Source: an uncultured Chloroflexia bacterium (GTDB taxonomy: Bacteria > Chloroflexota > Limnocylindria > Limnocylindrales > CSP1-4). From it: a stretch of DNA of 64,000 bases. The notes below the pieces were generated by a model. The model was not told the DNA's origin and ran no database searches. It saw only the letters and a program-made list of their open reading frames with translations. The DNA lies in NCBI GenBank assembly GCA_963727585.1, contig CAVSHH010000008.1, positions 112,411 through 176,410 on the forward strand, given 5' to 3'. How positions within the stretch are numbered: position 1 is the first letter of the stretch; every line of letters begins with the position of its first letter. Below, piece after piece: positions 51,587 through 61,502 of this stretch. Both the position numbers and the translations under genes were made by a program.

Positions 51587-53380
51587 GTGCCTGCTGTGCC
51601 CCCCTTCGACCTGGCGCTGTCGCCCGAGCTGCGGTTCATCCTCGACCTCGGGGTGGCGGTGGGCCTCGCGCTGGTCGGTGGCACGATCGCGGTCCGTCTC
51701 GGACAGCCCCCGATCGTCGGCTACCTCGCCGCGGGCGTGCTGATCGGGCCATTCACCCCGGGCTTCGTCGGCGACCAGGAGGACATCGGCCACCTCGCCG
51801 AGCTGGGGGTCGTCCTGCTCCTGTTCGCGCTGGGTGTCGAGTTCTCGCTCCACGAGCTGCGACGGGTCTGGCGGATCGCCGTTCCCGGGGCCCTGGCGCA
51901 GGTGGTGGTCACCGCCCTGGTGACCGCCCTGGTGGCCATCCCGCTCGGCTTCTCCCTCACGGGCGCGGTCGTGATCGGCGCGGCGATCGCGATCAGCTCC
52001 ACGCTGGTCGTGCTCAAGATCCTCGCCGAACGGGGCGAGCTGGACGCGCTCCACGGCCGCGTGGCGATCGGCTGGATGGTGGTCCAGGACCTGGTCACCA
52101 TTTTGCTCATCGCCCTGCTGGAGCCACTCGCGGACGGCGGCTCCGCAGCTCCCGTGCTGCTCGCGGTGGTGCGGGCCGGGCTGTTCCTGGGACTTGCGCT
52201 GCTGGTGGGGACCCGGCTCCTGCCGTGGCTGTTCCGTTCCGTCAGCCGGCTGGGCAGCCCCGAGCTGTTCCTGCTCTCCGTGTTCGCGACCGCCCTGCTG
52301 GCGGCCCTCGTCTCGAGCGCGGTGTTCGGGCTCAGTCTCGCCCTGGGGGCGTTCGTGGCCGGGCTCATCGTGTCCGAGTCCGACCTGTCCCACCAGGCGG
52401 CCGGCGAGATCGTTCCCTTCCGCGACCTGTTCGCGGTGCTGTTCTTCGTGTCGGTGGGGATGCTGCTCGACCCGGCCGCGGTGCTCGCCGACTGGGCACC
52501 GCTGCTCGCCCTGGTCGCCGTGGCGCTGGCCGCCAAGTCGGTCGCCGGCGCGGTGCTCGGCCGGCTGCTGGGCCTGCCGCTGCGCAGCGCGCTGCTGCTG
52601 GGGGCGACCATCGCCCAGGTGGGCGAGTTCAGCTTCCTGCTCGCCGAGCAGGCGTTCGGGCTGGGACTGCTCGACGCCCGCGCCTACAACCTGGTCCTGG
52701 CCACGGCCGTGGTCACCATCGTGCTGACCCCGCCGCTCGTCACCGGCGCCGCGGCCCTGGCGTCGCGACTCGAGCACAGGGCGGTCGCCGCCGAGCCCGC
52801 AGTCCCGGGCCAGGGCCGGCAGCTGCGGGGCGAGACCCTGTCCGACGCAGCCGACGATCGCCTGCCGGTGGTGGTGCTCGGTGGCGGCCGGGTGGGCCGG
52901 GTCGTGGTCCGCGCGGTGCGGGCCCGCGGGTTCCGGTGCATCGTGGTTGACCGCGACCCGCGCGTGCTCGACGAGATCTCCGCGCTGGGGGCGGCCACGC
53001 TGTACGGGGACGCGGCCTCGCGAGCCATCCTCGGCCGGGCCGAGCTGGATCGGGCGCGCCTGCTGGTCGTCGCCATCGGGGATCCGATCACGGCGCGCCT
53101 GGCGGTCGAGCGGGCCCGGGCCGTGAACCCCCGCCTGAGCGTGGTCGCGCGAGCCCGGGGCCGGGCCGAGATCGGGGCGATGCGGGCGCTCGGCATCGCG
53201 CGGCTGGCGGACCCGGAGGTGGAGGCCGCCCTCGAGCTCGCGCGCGCCGCGCTGGCGCGCATGGGCGTGTCGGGTCCGGAGCAGGCCGCGGTGGCGAAGG
53301 GCCTCCGCCGGCGCGCCTACGGCGAGCTGAGCGACCCAGCCAGCCTCATGGGCCGGGATCCCGGAGACCCGGGAGGATGA
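51587..53380 (+). CDS. CPA2 cation:proton antiporter with C-terminal RCK/TrkA-N domain (Kef-type)
   Basis: 597 aa. It contains GQPPIVGYLAAGVLIGP and LLLFALGVEFSL and has about 12 TM segments. The C-terminal domain carries VVVLGGGRVGRVV. Confidence 0.9.
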   Translation: MPAVPPFDLALSPELRFILDLGVAVGLALVGGTIAVRLGQPPIVGYLAAGVLIGPFTPGFVGDQEDIGHLAELGVVLLLFALGVEFSLHELRRVWRIAVPGALAQVVVTALVTALVAIPLGFSLTGAVVIGAAIAISSTLVVLKILAERGELDALHGRVAIGWMVVQDLVTILLIALLEPLADGGSAAPVLLAVVRAGLFLGLALLVGTRLLPWLFRSVSRLGSPELFLLSVFATALLAALVSSAVFGLSLALGAFVAGLIVSESDLSHQAAGEIVPFRDLFAVLFFVSVGMLLDPAAVLADWAPLLALVAVALAAKSVAGAVLGRLLGLPLRSALLLGATIAQVGEFSFLLAEQAFGLGLLDARAYNLVLATAVVTIVLTPPLVTGAAALASRLEHRAVAAEPAVPGQGRQLRGETLSDAADDRLPVVVLGGGRVGRVVVRAVRARGFRCIVVDRDPRVLDEISALGAATLYGDAASRAILGRAELDRARLLVVAIGDPITARLAVERARAVNPRLSVVARARGRAEIGAMRALGIARLADPEVEAALELARAALARMGVSGPEQAAVAKGLRRRAYGELSDPASLMGRDPGDPGG

Positions 53381-53395
53381 CCCGGGATTACGGAA

Positions 53396-54058
53396 TCAGA
53401 ACGGCTCGAGCCCGTGGAACGTGGCCGGGAGAACCATCTCCGGGGACCGCCGATGGACCCAGTCCCGGAGCGCGTACCACGAGGTCTTGAACGCGATCTC
53501 GCTCCACGGGATGGCGTCCGGGCGGAACGACCGGATCTCGAGGGCCTCGGGCGTGAGCTGCGCCTCGCCGCCCACGATCCGCGCCTCGAACACGAGCGTG
53601 ACGACGGCCGCCTCGAGGCGTGAGTAGAGCCCGACCAGCTCACCGGGCTCGACGAGCAACCCGGTCTCCTCGAGCGTCTCCCGGATGGCCGCCTCGGTGA
53701 CCGTCTCGTCGACCTCCATGAAGCCGCCGGGCTGGGCCCACGATCCACGCCCGGGCTCGATCCCCCGCCGCAGCAGCACCGCCTCGCCCGCGTCGGTGAC
53801 GGGGATGGCCGTGACGACCAGCCGCGGGTTGACGTAGGCGATGAAGCCGCACGACGGGCAGGCGAGGCGCTCACGGTGGTCGGTTGGGGGCACGCCGGCG
53901 ACCAGCTCCGCCCCGCAGTTCGAGCAGTAGTTGATTGACTGGAGCACCCAGCGCGGCGCCCCGCTCCCCGACGCGATGTCGGTCGACCGGCCGTCCGGAC
54001 CGCGTCCCATGTCCGCCATCAGGCGCCGCTCGTCAGGAGTCAGCTCGCGCTCGGTCAT
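53396..54058 (-). CDS. NUDIX hydrolase with N-terminal zinc ribbon
   Basis: It has a CSNCG..CPSCG zinc ribbon followed by the Nudix box GGFMEVDETVTEAAIRETLEETG. Confidence 0.88.
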   Translation of the reverse strand: MTERELTPDERRLMADMGRGPDGRSTDIASGSGAPRWVLQSINYCSNCGAELVAGVPPTDHRERLACPSCGFIAYVNPRLVVTAIPVTDAGEAVLLRRGIEPGRGSWAQPGGFMEVDETVTEAAIRETLEETGLLVEPGELVGLYSRLEAAVVTLVFEARIVGGEAQLTPEALEIRSFRPDAIPWSEIAFKTSWYALRDWVHRRSPEMVLPATFHGLEPF

Positions 54059-54059
54059 C

Positions 54060-54515
54060 TCAGGCGCCCAGCACCAGCAGGACCGCCGCCACGATCAGCG
54101 CCACGAATACGGCGGCGGGAGCGAGCCACGCCAGCCGGAACAGGCCCCGGTTGCGGTCGACCGGCATCCAGGCCCAGGCGGAGCGCCAGATGCGCAGCGC
54201 CGCGTCGGCCGTCCCGACCAGCAGCAGCGGAGCGGCGACCAGGATGCAGCCCTTGACCAGCGGGCTTCCGAACCCCGCCCCGAGCTCGAGGGCGGTGATC
54301 GCGATCGCTCCCAGCACCAGCGCCGGTGCGGAGACCAGGACGTAGTGTCGCTGGAGCGGCGTCGGCCGGGTCTCCGGCACGGATCGCGGCGGCAGGCCTC
54401 GCAGGCTCGGCGGCAGTCCTGCGTCGGCGGACGCGACCGGCACGGGGCGGCTGTCCAGCACCGGCTGGCGGTCCAGCGCGGGCATGCCCGGCTCCCAGCG
54501 CTCGTCATCCATCAC
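54060..54515 (-). CDS. hypothetical membrane protein
   Basis: 151 aa with three or four hydrophobic segments after a Pro-rich N-terminus. Its stop lies 1 nt before the NUDIX start. No family was recognised. Confidence 0.55.
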   Translation of the reverse strand: MMDDERWEPGMPALDRQPVLDSRPVPVASADAGLPPSLRGLPPRSVPETRPTPLQRHYVLVSAPALVLGAIAITALELGAGFGSPLVKGCILVAAPLLLVGTADAALRIWRSAWAWMPVDRNRGLFRLAWLAPAAVFVALIVAAVLLVLGA

Positions 54516-54562
54516 CCGAGTCTAGCCCGCCGGCGCGGGCAACGGCTCAGGGGTCGCCTCCC

Positions 54563-55051
54563 CTACCGGCGGCAGGCCGCCTCGTACCGGGCGAGCACCT
54601 CGGCGCTTGTCAGCGGCCGGCGATGCTGGCGGTCCGTCGGCGCCTCCGCGTTCAGCCGCGCGACGGCGGCGTTGATCCGGACCACCAAGTCCTCGATCGC
54701 GGAGCGGTCGCGGCGACGGGCGGCGGCGGAGGGCGGGGCAGCTTGGCCAGCGCGGGCGAGGACAGCGTCGAGCCGATCGAGCAGCCCGCGAACCTCCTTG
54801 TCGGCCTCGATCCACGGCGGGGCGATCTCGGCATTCCGGAGGACGTGGAACGCCAGCCCCCATTCCCCGGCGTACGGGTTGTCATCGTCGGGCAGCGGCC
54901 GGGCGCGATGCGGCAGGTCGTTGAAGCGGCCGTCCTCGATCGCCTCGCGAATCTGCCGCTCGATCAGCGTCTCCCAGTCGGGGCCGACCTCCATCCGGCC
55001 GTCGGGGCCGCGCCGGTGGACGAGGCGCTTGCTGTCGGGCGCATCGGGCAT
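54563..55051 (-). CDS. DUF1992 / DnaJ-C28-like domain protein
   Basis: It contains WETLIERQIREAIEDGRFNDLP and GEWGLAFHVLRNAEIAPPWIE, which are characteristic of the family. Confidence 0.8.
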   Translation of the reverse strand: MPDAPDSKRLVHRRGPDGRMEVGPDWETLIERQIREAIEDGRFNDLPHRARPLPDDDNPYAGEWGLAFHVLRNAEIAPPWIEADKEVRGLLDRLDAVLARAGQAAPPSAAARRRDRSAIEDLVVRINAAVARLNAEAPTDRQHRRPLTSAEVLARYEAACRR

Positions 55052-55109
55052 GGCCTGATCCTCGCACGGAGCGGCGTGCCGTCAAGGCTGACGGCGGGGC
55101 CGGCCAATC

Positions 55110-55616
55110 TCACGTGCCGGGCAGCGGCTCCGCGTTGGACTCGTCGCCCATGACCCCCGCCGTCTGGTCGGCGCGGTAGGCGTCAAGGCGCCCGGCGAGG
55201 TCGACGTCGGACAGGGCCAGGATGGCCGCCGCAAGGAGGCCGGCGTTGTCGGCGTTGCCGATGGCGACGGTCGCGACGGGGATCCCGCGCGGCATCTGCA
55301 CGATGGACAGCAGCGAATCCAGCCCGCCCAGGTGCTGGGTGGGCACCGGCACGCCGATCACCGGCAGGCTCGTCTTGGCGGCCAGCATGCCCGGCAGGTG
55401 AGCGGCCCCGCCGGCGCCCGCGATGATCACCCGGATCCCGCGATCGCGTGCCGTCTCCGCGTACTGGAACAGGTGGTCCGGCGTCCGGTGTGCGCTGACC
55501 ACCCGGAGCTCGCAGGACACGCCGAGCCGGTCGAGCACCGCCGCCGCCTGCTCCAGCACCGGGAAGTCGGAGCGGCTCCCGCCCACGATGCCGACCAGCG
55601 GCCGCGACTCGCCCAC
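55110..55616 (-). CDS. purE: 5-(carboxyamino)imidazole ribonucleotide mutase
   Basis: 168 aa. It contains [30 protein letters not shown] and PVIGVP. Confidence 0.96.
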   Translation of the reverse strand: MGESRPLVGIVGGSRSDFPVLEQAAAVLDRLGVSCELRVVSAHRTPDHLFQYAETARDRGIRVIIAGAGGAAHLPGMLAAKTSLPVIGVPVPTQHLGGLDSLLSIVQMPRGIPVATVAIGNADNAGLLAAAILALSDVDLAGRLDAYRADQTAGVMGDESNAEPLPGT

Positions 55617-55623
55617 GCTCGCC

Positions 55624-56754
55624 TCAGTCCTCCCAGCTCAGCGCCGCGCGGGCGACCCGGGCTCGCACCAGCGCCTCGTCGGAGTCCTGTCCCACCACGG
55701 TCACGTGGCCCATCTTGCGCCGCGCGAACACCCGCCGCTTGCCGTACACGTGGACGTGCGCACCGGGTTCGGCGAGCGCGACCTCCAGCCCGGCCAGCCG
55801 CGCCTCGCGGTCGGGGCCCGTGCCCAGCAGGTTGACCATGGCCGCCGCCCCGTGGGCTGCCACCGAGCCCAGGGGAAGCCCCAGGATCGCACGCAGGTGC
55901 TGCTCGAACTGCGACGTCGGCGCCCCCTCGATGGACCAGTGGCCGCTGTTGTGCACCCGGGGCGCGAGCTCGTTGACCATCAGTCCGCCGCCCCGCAGCT
56001 GGAACAGCTCCACCGTCAGCAGGCCCACCACGTCGAGCGCGCGCGCGATGGCGCCGGCGGTCTCGCCGGCATCGTTGGCGACGATCGGGTCGATCGGAGC
56101 CGGGGCCACGCTCTCGACCAGGACCCCCTCGTCGTGCACGTTGCGCGACACGGGGAACGCGAGCGTCCGGCCGGTCCGGTCGCGCGCGGTCACGACCGAC
56201 AGCTCGGCCTCGAACTCGACCTCGCGCTCGAGCAGCAGCGGTCGGCCGTCCTCGCCCCCCAGCGCGGCCACCGCTGCCACGACCTCCTCGGGGCCCGCGA
56301 TCCGCACCTGGCTCCGGCCGTCGTAGCCGCCCAGCGGCAGCTTCAGGCGGCAGGGAAAGCCCAGGGCCTCGGCGCCGGCCGCGGCCTCGGCGGCGCCACG
56401 GACCTCGCGCCACGACGCGACGCGCTCACCGATCGAGCGCAGGAAGCGCCGCTCGGCGAGTCGGTCCTGCGTGGCACGCAGCGCCGGCGCGCCCGGGCGC
56501 AGGGGCGCCAGCGCGCCCGCCGCCATCGCGGCCTCGAGGCCGACATGCTCCAGCTCGTAGGTCACCACGTCACTGAGCGAGGCGAGGCGGCGCGCGGCGT
56601 CCACGTCGTCGTAGCGGCCGACCACGATCTCGTCGGCGACCGCGGCAGTCGGACAGGCCGGGTCGGGATCGAGCGCCACCAGCCGGTACCCCATGGCACG
56701 GGCGGCGAACCCCAGCATCCGCCCGAGCTGGCCGCCGCCCAGCACCCCGATCAC
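55624..56754 (-). CDS. purK: 5-(carboxyamino)imidazole ribonucleotide synthase
   Basis: I chose the GTG at 56754 ([13 protein letters not shown]), which forms a GTGA overlap with the TGA ending the upstream frame. It contains the ATP-grasp core and [12 protein letters not shown]. The ORF-track N-terminus (to 56949) is the tail of the upstream GrpB remnant in the same frame. Confidence 0.93.
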   Translation of the reverse strand: MIGVLGGGQLGRMLGFAARAMGYRLVALDPDPACPTAAVADEIVVGRYDDVDAARRLASLSDVVTYELEHVGLEAAMAAGALAPLRPGAPALRATQDRLAERRFLRSIGERVASWREVRGAAEAAAGAEALGFPCRLKLPLGGYDGRSQVRIAGPEEVVAAVAALGGEDGRPLLLEREVEFEAELSVVTARDRTGRTLAFPVSRNVHDEGVLVESVAPAPIDPIVANDAGETAGAIARALDVVGLLTVELFQLRGGGLMVNELAPRVHNSGHWSIEGAPTSQFEQHLRAILGLPLGSVAAHGAAAMVNLLGTGPDREARLAGLEVALAEPGAHVHVYGKRRVFARRKMGHVTVVGQDSDEALVRARVARAALSWED

Positions 56755-57344
56755 GGAGCCCGGCGGCAGCGGGACCGGGGCATCGGCCGGCGCCCGCCGA
56801 ATCCCCAGGCGATAGAGCGCCTCCCGAACCCAGTCTCCCTTGTCGACGGTGTAGCGTCTCCTGCGGGGCGTCGGCGGCCGAAACCGCCACGATCCGCTCC
56901 TTGACCGCTGCGTACTCCGTCCGCATCGCGGGATCCGCTCGCAGCGCATCGCGGAAGGCCGTCATCTCCGGCACCTCCCCCCGGGCGGGCGGGACGACGT
57001 GGAGGTGGATGCGGAAGCTCGAACCGTCGTGCTCGACCGAGCCGGTGAGCATCGGGCGCAGGGGCGGGAACGGGGCCGCGCCACCCTGGCTGCCGAAGCC
57101 CAGCGAGCGCAGGTCGTCCACGACGGCCGGGATCTCGTCGGGCGACACCTCGACCGCGAGATCGACGATGTTCTTGCCGGGCAGCCCGGGGACCGCGGAG
57201 CTGCCGATGTGCTCCAGCGACGAGTCCGGGGCGCACCGAGCCGATCAGCCGCGCAAGCTCCCCCGCGACCTCCATGGTCCGCGGGTCCCACGGGTGGTAT
57301 GCAGCGGGCTGGCGCTGGTAGGGGTGGATGGGCAGGTCCGACAT
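56751..57344 (-). pseudogene. GrpB-family protein, frame-disrupted
   Basis: The family match is split over three frames. The segments are MSDLPIHPYQRQPAAYHPWDPRTMEVAGELARLIGSVRP, then DSSLEHIGSSAVPGLPGKNIVDLAVEV..IHLHVVP..FRDALRADPAMRTEYAAVKERIVA, then YTVDKGDWVREALYRLG. The frame switches lie at ~57230 (a G4 run on + strand) and ~56854. Confidence 0.75.
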
Positions 57345-57446
57345 CGGGCGCAAGTGTAGGTGAGCCCGCCGCCCCCGACGGGCGCGGCCCGCCCACTCGG
57401 ACGCGGCCCGCCCACCGGACACCCTCCCGGCGGTTATCCTCGGACG

Positions 57447-58183
57447 ATGCTGCACGGCGCACCCGGGCCCTACGGCGTGACCATCCCGCGGATCCTCATC
57501 GTCGACGACGACCCCAACCTGCTCGTCATCCTCGCCGAGCAGCTCCGGGCCGACGGCTACGAGGTCCAGACGGCCCGCGACGGCGACGAGGCGCTGCGGC
57601 GGCTCGCCCAGGCCTGGCCGGACCTGCTGGTGATCGACATGCTGATGCCGCGCATGGACGGCCTGACCCTCGCCCGCGAGGTCAAGGCCCGCGCCGACCT
57701 GCCGATCATCGTCCTGTCCGCGATCGACACGGCCGACTCCAAGGCCGACCTCCTCGACGAGGTCGCCGAGGACTACGTCACCAAGCCCTACCACTACCCC
57801 GAGCTTCGCGCCCGCATCCAGCGCGTGCTCCGCCGGCTGGGCGACCGCGTCCCGCGCCAGCGGCTCGTGCTGGGCCCGACGCTCGCCCTCGAGCTCCACC
57901 GCCGGATCGCCGACGTGGACGGGACGCAGGTCTCGCTGACGCCCGACCGAGTCCCGGCTGCTGTACGCGCTGGCCGCCAACCTCGGCCAGACCGTGACCA
58001 CCGAGACGCTCCTCGCCCGGGGCTGGGCCGACACCGAGGACGCCGATCCGAGCTACGTCTGGGTGACGATGCGCCGGCTGCGCCAGAAGGTCGAGGTGGA
58101 CCCCAACAAGCCGGTCCACCTGCTGACGGTGCGCGGGCATCGGCTACCGCCTCGTCTCGGCCGGGGCGCCGCCGGCGCCGTGA
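57447..58183 (+). pseudogene. OmpR-family response regulator, two +1 frame disruptions
   Basis: The receiver domain is intact (ILIVDDD, LLVIDMLMPRMDG, VLSA, VTKP). The winged helix is split as VSLTP / TESRLLYALAANLGQTVTTETLL..YVWVTMRRLRQKVE..HLLTVRG / IGYRLV. The shifts lie at the CCC run 57942-57944 and the GGG run 58135-58137. Confidence 0.85.
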
Positions 58184-58199
58184 CGCTCCGGCGCCTGCC

Positions 58200-59754
58200 G
58201 TGAGCGACCCGATGTCCGACGCCCGGGAGCCCGGCGGGCCGCCTCGGCTCGGGCCCCGGGTTCCGGGCCCGGCTGACGACTGGCGCTGGTCGCGGCCGCC
58301 GTCATCCCGGTCACCGCGTTCGGCCTGGTCGTCCTGCTGCTCGCCAACCTCGCGTCGATCACGGGCGACACGCTCGCCCGCGGGCCTGCTGCTCGCGATC
58401 ACCGTCTCGGTCGTGTTCGCCGTGGTGCTCGCCGCCGCGCTGGCGGCCAACCTGGCCGGCTTCCTGCGGGCGCTCACGCGCGCGTCGACCGGGTGTCGGC
58501 GGGCGACGTCTCGGAAGGCATCGAGCTGCCCGGCGACGACGAGATCAGCCGGCTGGCCGAGAGCCAGAACCGCCTGGCCCGGGACCTCGCCCGCCGCAAC
58601 CGGGAGCTGCGCCGCCTGCTCGACGCGCTCCAGGCCATCACCCCGGAGACCGCCCCCGGCGCCATCGCGCGCCGGGCGGCCGAGGACGCCCGGGCAGCGT
58701 TCGGGATGATCGACTGCGAGGTCCGCTCGTGGACGCGCAGCCAGGTCCCGGCTCGAGGAGCCGGTCCCGGGCGAGCCCGTCCCGGTCCGCGCCGAGCTCG
58801 TCGCCTCCGGCCAGGGGCTGGGCGTCGTGACCGGCCACCTGCCCGCGACGCGGCGCTGGGAGCGGGCCGACCAGGACCTGCTCGACCTGTTCGCGATCGA
58901 GGTCGCGGCGGCGATCCGCAATGCCCAGCTGTATGGCCGGGTGGAGGCCCAGAACCGGCGGCTGGTCGAGCTGGACGCCGCCAAGGACGACTTCCTGCGC
59001 GGCGTCTCGCACAACCTCCAGACCCCGCTGGCGAGCATCCGGGGCTATGCCGCAGCAGCTGGCCGCCGAGCAGCCCGACCGGCGGCTCGAGATCATCACC
59101 GAGCAGGCCGACCGGCTGTCCCGGATGGTCCGCCAGCTGCTCACCGTCAGCCGGATCGAGTCGGGCGCCCTGCGCTCGCGGCTCGAGGTGTTCGCCCCCG
59201 TGCCGCGGGTCCGCCGGACCTGGGAGGCGCTGGGCGCGACCGAGATCCCGTTCACGCTGGAGGACCGCTCCGAGGGCTGGCTGGCGCTGGGCGACAGGGA
59301 CCAGCTCGACCAGGTCCTGTGGGCGCTGCTCGACAACGCCGTCGGGTACGGCGGCCGGACCCCGATCGACGTCACCGTCGCGCTCGATCCGGCCACGAAG
59401 GACCTGCTGGTCACCGATCGCCGACGGCGGACCCGGGCGTCGCGCGACGAGGACCGCGAGCGGCTGTTCGGCCGCTTCGAGCGAGGGTCGGGACGGCCGT
59501 CGGGCGAGGGGTCGGGCCTGGGCCTGTACGCGTCGCGGGCGCTGTGCCGGGCGATGGGCGGTGACCTCGAGCTCGACACGCAGCCCGGTCGCGGGCCAGC
59601 TCCGGCGAGCGCCAGCGGCCCGCGGTCCGGCCGATCGCTGTCACCGGATCGCGTGCTGTTCGGAGGCGACACGGGCGGCGCAGGAGCGGCGCCGACCCGA
59701 CGACCGCGAGCGACTTGCGAACCGGGCACGAGTCGCGGCCGGGCGCGCCACTGA
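58200..59754 (+). pseudogene. sensor histidine kinase (2 TM, HAMP, GAF-like, HisKA, HATPase_c), at least 8 frame disruptions
   Basis: The segments lie in alternating frames. They include GFRARLT, LALVAAAVIPVTAFGLVVLLL, LLLAITVSVVFAVVLAAALAANLAGFLRALTR and VDRVSAGDVSEGIELPGDDEISRLA. The H-box FLRGVSHNLQTPLASIRGYA, N-box LLDNAVGYG, G1 IADGGPG and G2 GSGLGL follow. The exact start and end are uncertain. Confidence 0.8.
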
Positions 59755-59912
59755 CCCGATCGTCATGGGTCGTCCGTTGTCGCCGGGCACCGGAAGTCCC
59801 ATGACTGCAAGGAAGACTTGCAAGGTTCAGCCTCCAGGGTGACATCCGCCAACACCAACTGATATCGCCGGGGGAACGGAGATGTCGTCGCCGCGGCCCG
59901 CAAGGGCCACTG

Positions 59913-61050
59913 GTGTGCGCCTGTTCGGCGCACGCCCGCTGTCACCACGCGCTCGCACGGGCCGGACGCCGCCACACCGCGAGATCGCCGCGCTCCCGCG
60001 GCCAATCCCTGGTCGAGTTCGCCTTGACCCTGCCGATCCTGCTGCTCATCGTGCTCGGCGCCGATCGACCTGGGCCGGATCTACGTGATGACGATCACGA
60101 TGCAGAACGCGGCCAAGGAGGGCGCCCTGTTCGGGGCCCGCAACCCAACCTGCGACAGCAACATCGTCAGCGGCTGCCTCGACCCGCAGAACGTGACGGC
60201 CCGCGTGACGAACGAGCTGGACGGCCTGACGCCCGAGGAGCTCACGGCGCGCTGCTACGTGCCCGGAACCAGCGACTTCAGCGGCACCGGCAAGGCACTC
60301 GCCGACTGCGTCGACGGTGACCTGTACCACGTGACGGTAGGTGCGACCTTCCACCTCGCGACGCCGCTCATCGGCTCGATCGTGGGCGACTCGATCGTGT
60401 ACCACGCCGACGCGACCTCGGTCGTGATCTCGAGCTTCACCGCGGGCGGCGGCCCGATCGACCCGGCCCCCACCGCGGCACCCACGGCGACCCCGGAACC
60501 CGGGACGTGCACCGTCCCCGACTTCCGCAACGGCACCAGGATCAACGAGGCGCAGGACGTGTGGGAGGACGTGGCGGGCTTCACCACGACCGTGACGACC
60601 ATCGGCCCGGGTGGCCAGGAGATCGCCTACCAGGAGCGTGCTGCCGGGAACCGTCGGCCCCTGCAACTCGCTCGAGATCACCGTCAGCAACTCGCCCATC
60701 CCGACGCCGTCGCCGACTCCCACGCCCAGCCCGACGCCTTCGCCGACACCAACCCCCAGCCCCACGCCGACGCCGTCGCCCGGCGGACCCACCCCGTCGC
60801 CCACGCCGACCCCGTCACCCACGCCGACGCCTTCGCCGACCCCGGCGGTGTGCACCGTGCCGCAGATGTCGGGGGTCAACCACAGCGTCACGCAGGCCCA
60901 GGGCGACTGGACCGGGGCCGGCTTCCAGGCGGCGAACTTCACCGCGGATCGGCCCCCCAACAACGACTACAAGGTCGACAGTCAGCAGTCCGGTCGCCCG
61001 GCACCCAGCTGCCGTGCCTGAGCGGAACGGTGACGGTGTACGCGAAATGA
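59913..61050 (+). pseudogene. TadE-like pseudopilin fused to two PASTA-like domains, three frame disruptions
   Basis: RGQSLVEFALTLPILLLIVLGA is followed by IDLGRIYVMTITMQNAAKEGA (TadE N-terminus with G/XXXXEF). Two modules follow: [48 protein letters not shown] and [45 protein letters not shown]. They are separated by a (PTPS)n linker. Frame switches lie at ~60061, ~60633 and ~60997. The start is uncertain. Confidence 0.7.
60695..60847 (+). repeat. low-complexity in-frame (Pro-Thr-Pro-Ser)n coding repeat
   Basis: It encodes [50 protein letters not shown] between the two PASTA-like modules. Confidence 0.9.
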
Positions 61051-61495
61051 GCACGATGTTCCGCCCCCGCGGGTCGCGCCCCCAGTCGCGCGGCCAGGCC
61101 CTGGTCGAGTTCAGCCTCGTGTTCCCCGTTGTTCATCCTGCTGCTGTTCGGCCTCATCGACCTGGGCCGACTGGTCTATGCCAACAACGCCCTGGCCGAA
61201 GCCGCCCGCGAGGGAGCCCGCTGGGGCTCCGTCCAGGCACGGTCGGGGAACGCGCTTCGCGGACATCGAGACCCACACCGGCGACCAGGTCGCGGGCCTT
61301 GGGCCGGTGACCGTGACGGCGTCGTGCGTCAAGCGTTCCCCGGACGGCCAGCCGTGTGGCCCGCTCGACACCCTCGAGGTCAGGGTCGAGGGCTCCTTCG
61401 GGATGCTCACCCCCGTCGTCGGCCAGCTGATGGGCGTGGCCGGCCTCAACCCGTTCGACATCCAGGCAACCGCCGCGGTGCTGGTCAACAACTAG
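61047..61495 (+). pseudogene. TadE-like pseudopilin, two frame disruptions
   Basis: The ATG at 61047 forms an ATGA overlap with the previous gene. The segments are MSTMFRPRGSRPQSRGQALVEFSLVFPV, then FILLLFGLIDLGRLVYANNALAEAAREGARWGSVQARS, then GTRFADIETHTGDQVAGLGPVTVTASC..FDIQATAAVLVNN. The switches lie at ~61129 and ~61245. The repaired length is about 148 aa. Confidence 0.7.
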
Positions 61496-61502
61496 GAGCG
61501 AT

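Noticed and set aside
56751-61495. Programmed ribosomal frameshifting or recoding as an explanation for the frame switches
   Set aside because: There are far too many events (about 17 in 4.5 kb) in both +1 and -1 directions. I found no recognisable slippery heptamers or downstream structures, and five unrelated genes are affected.
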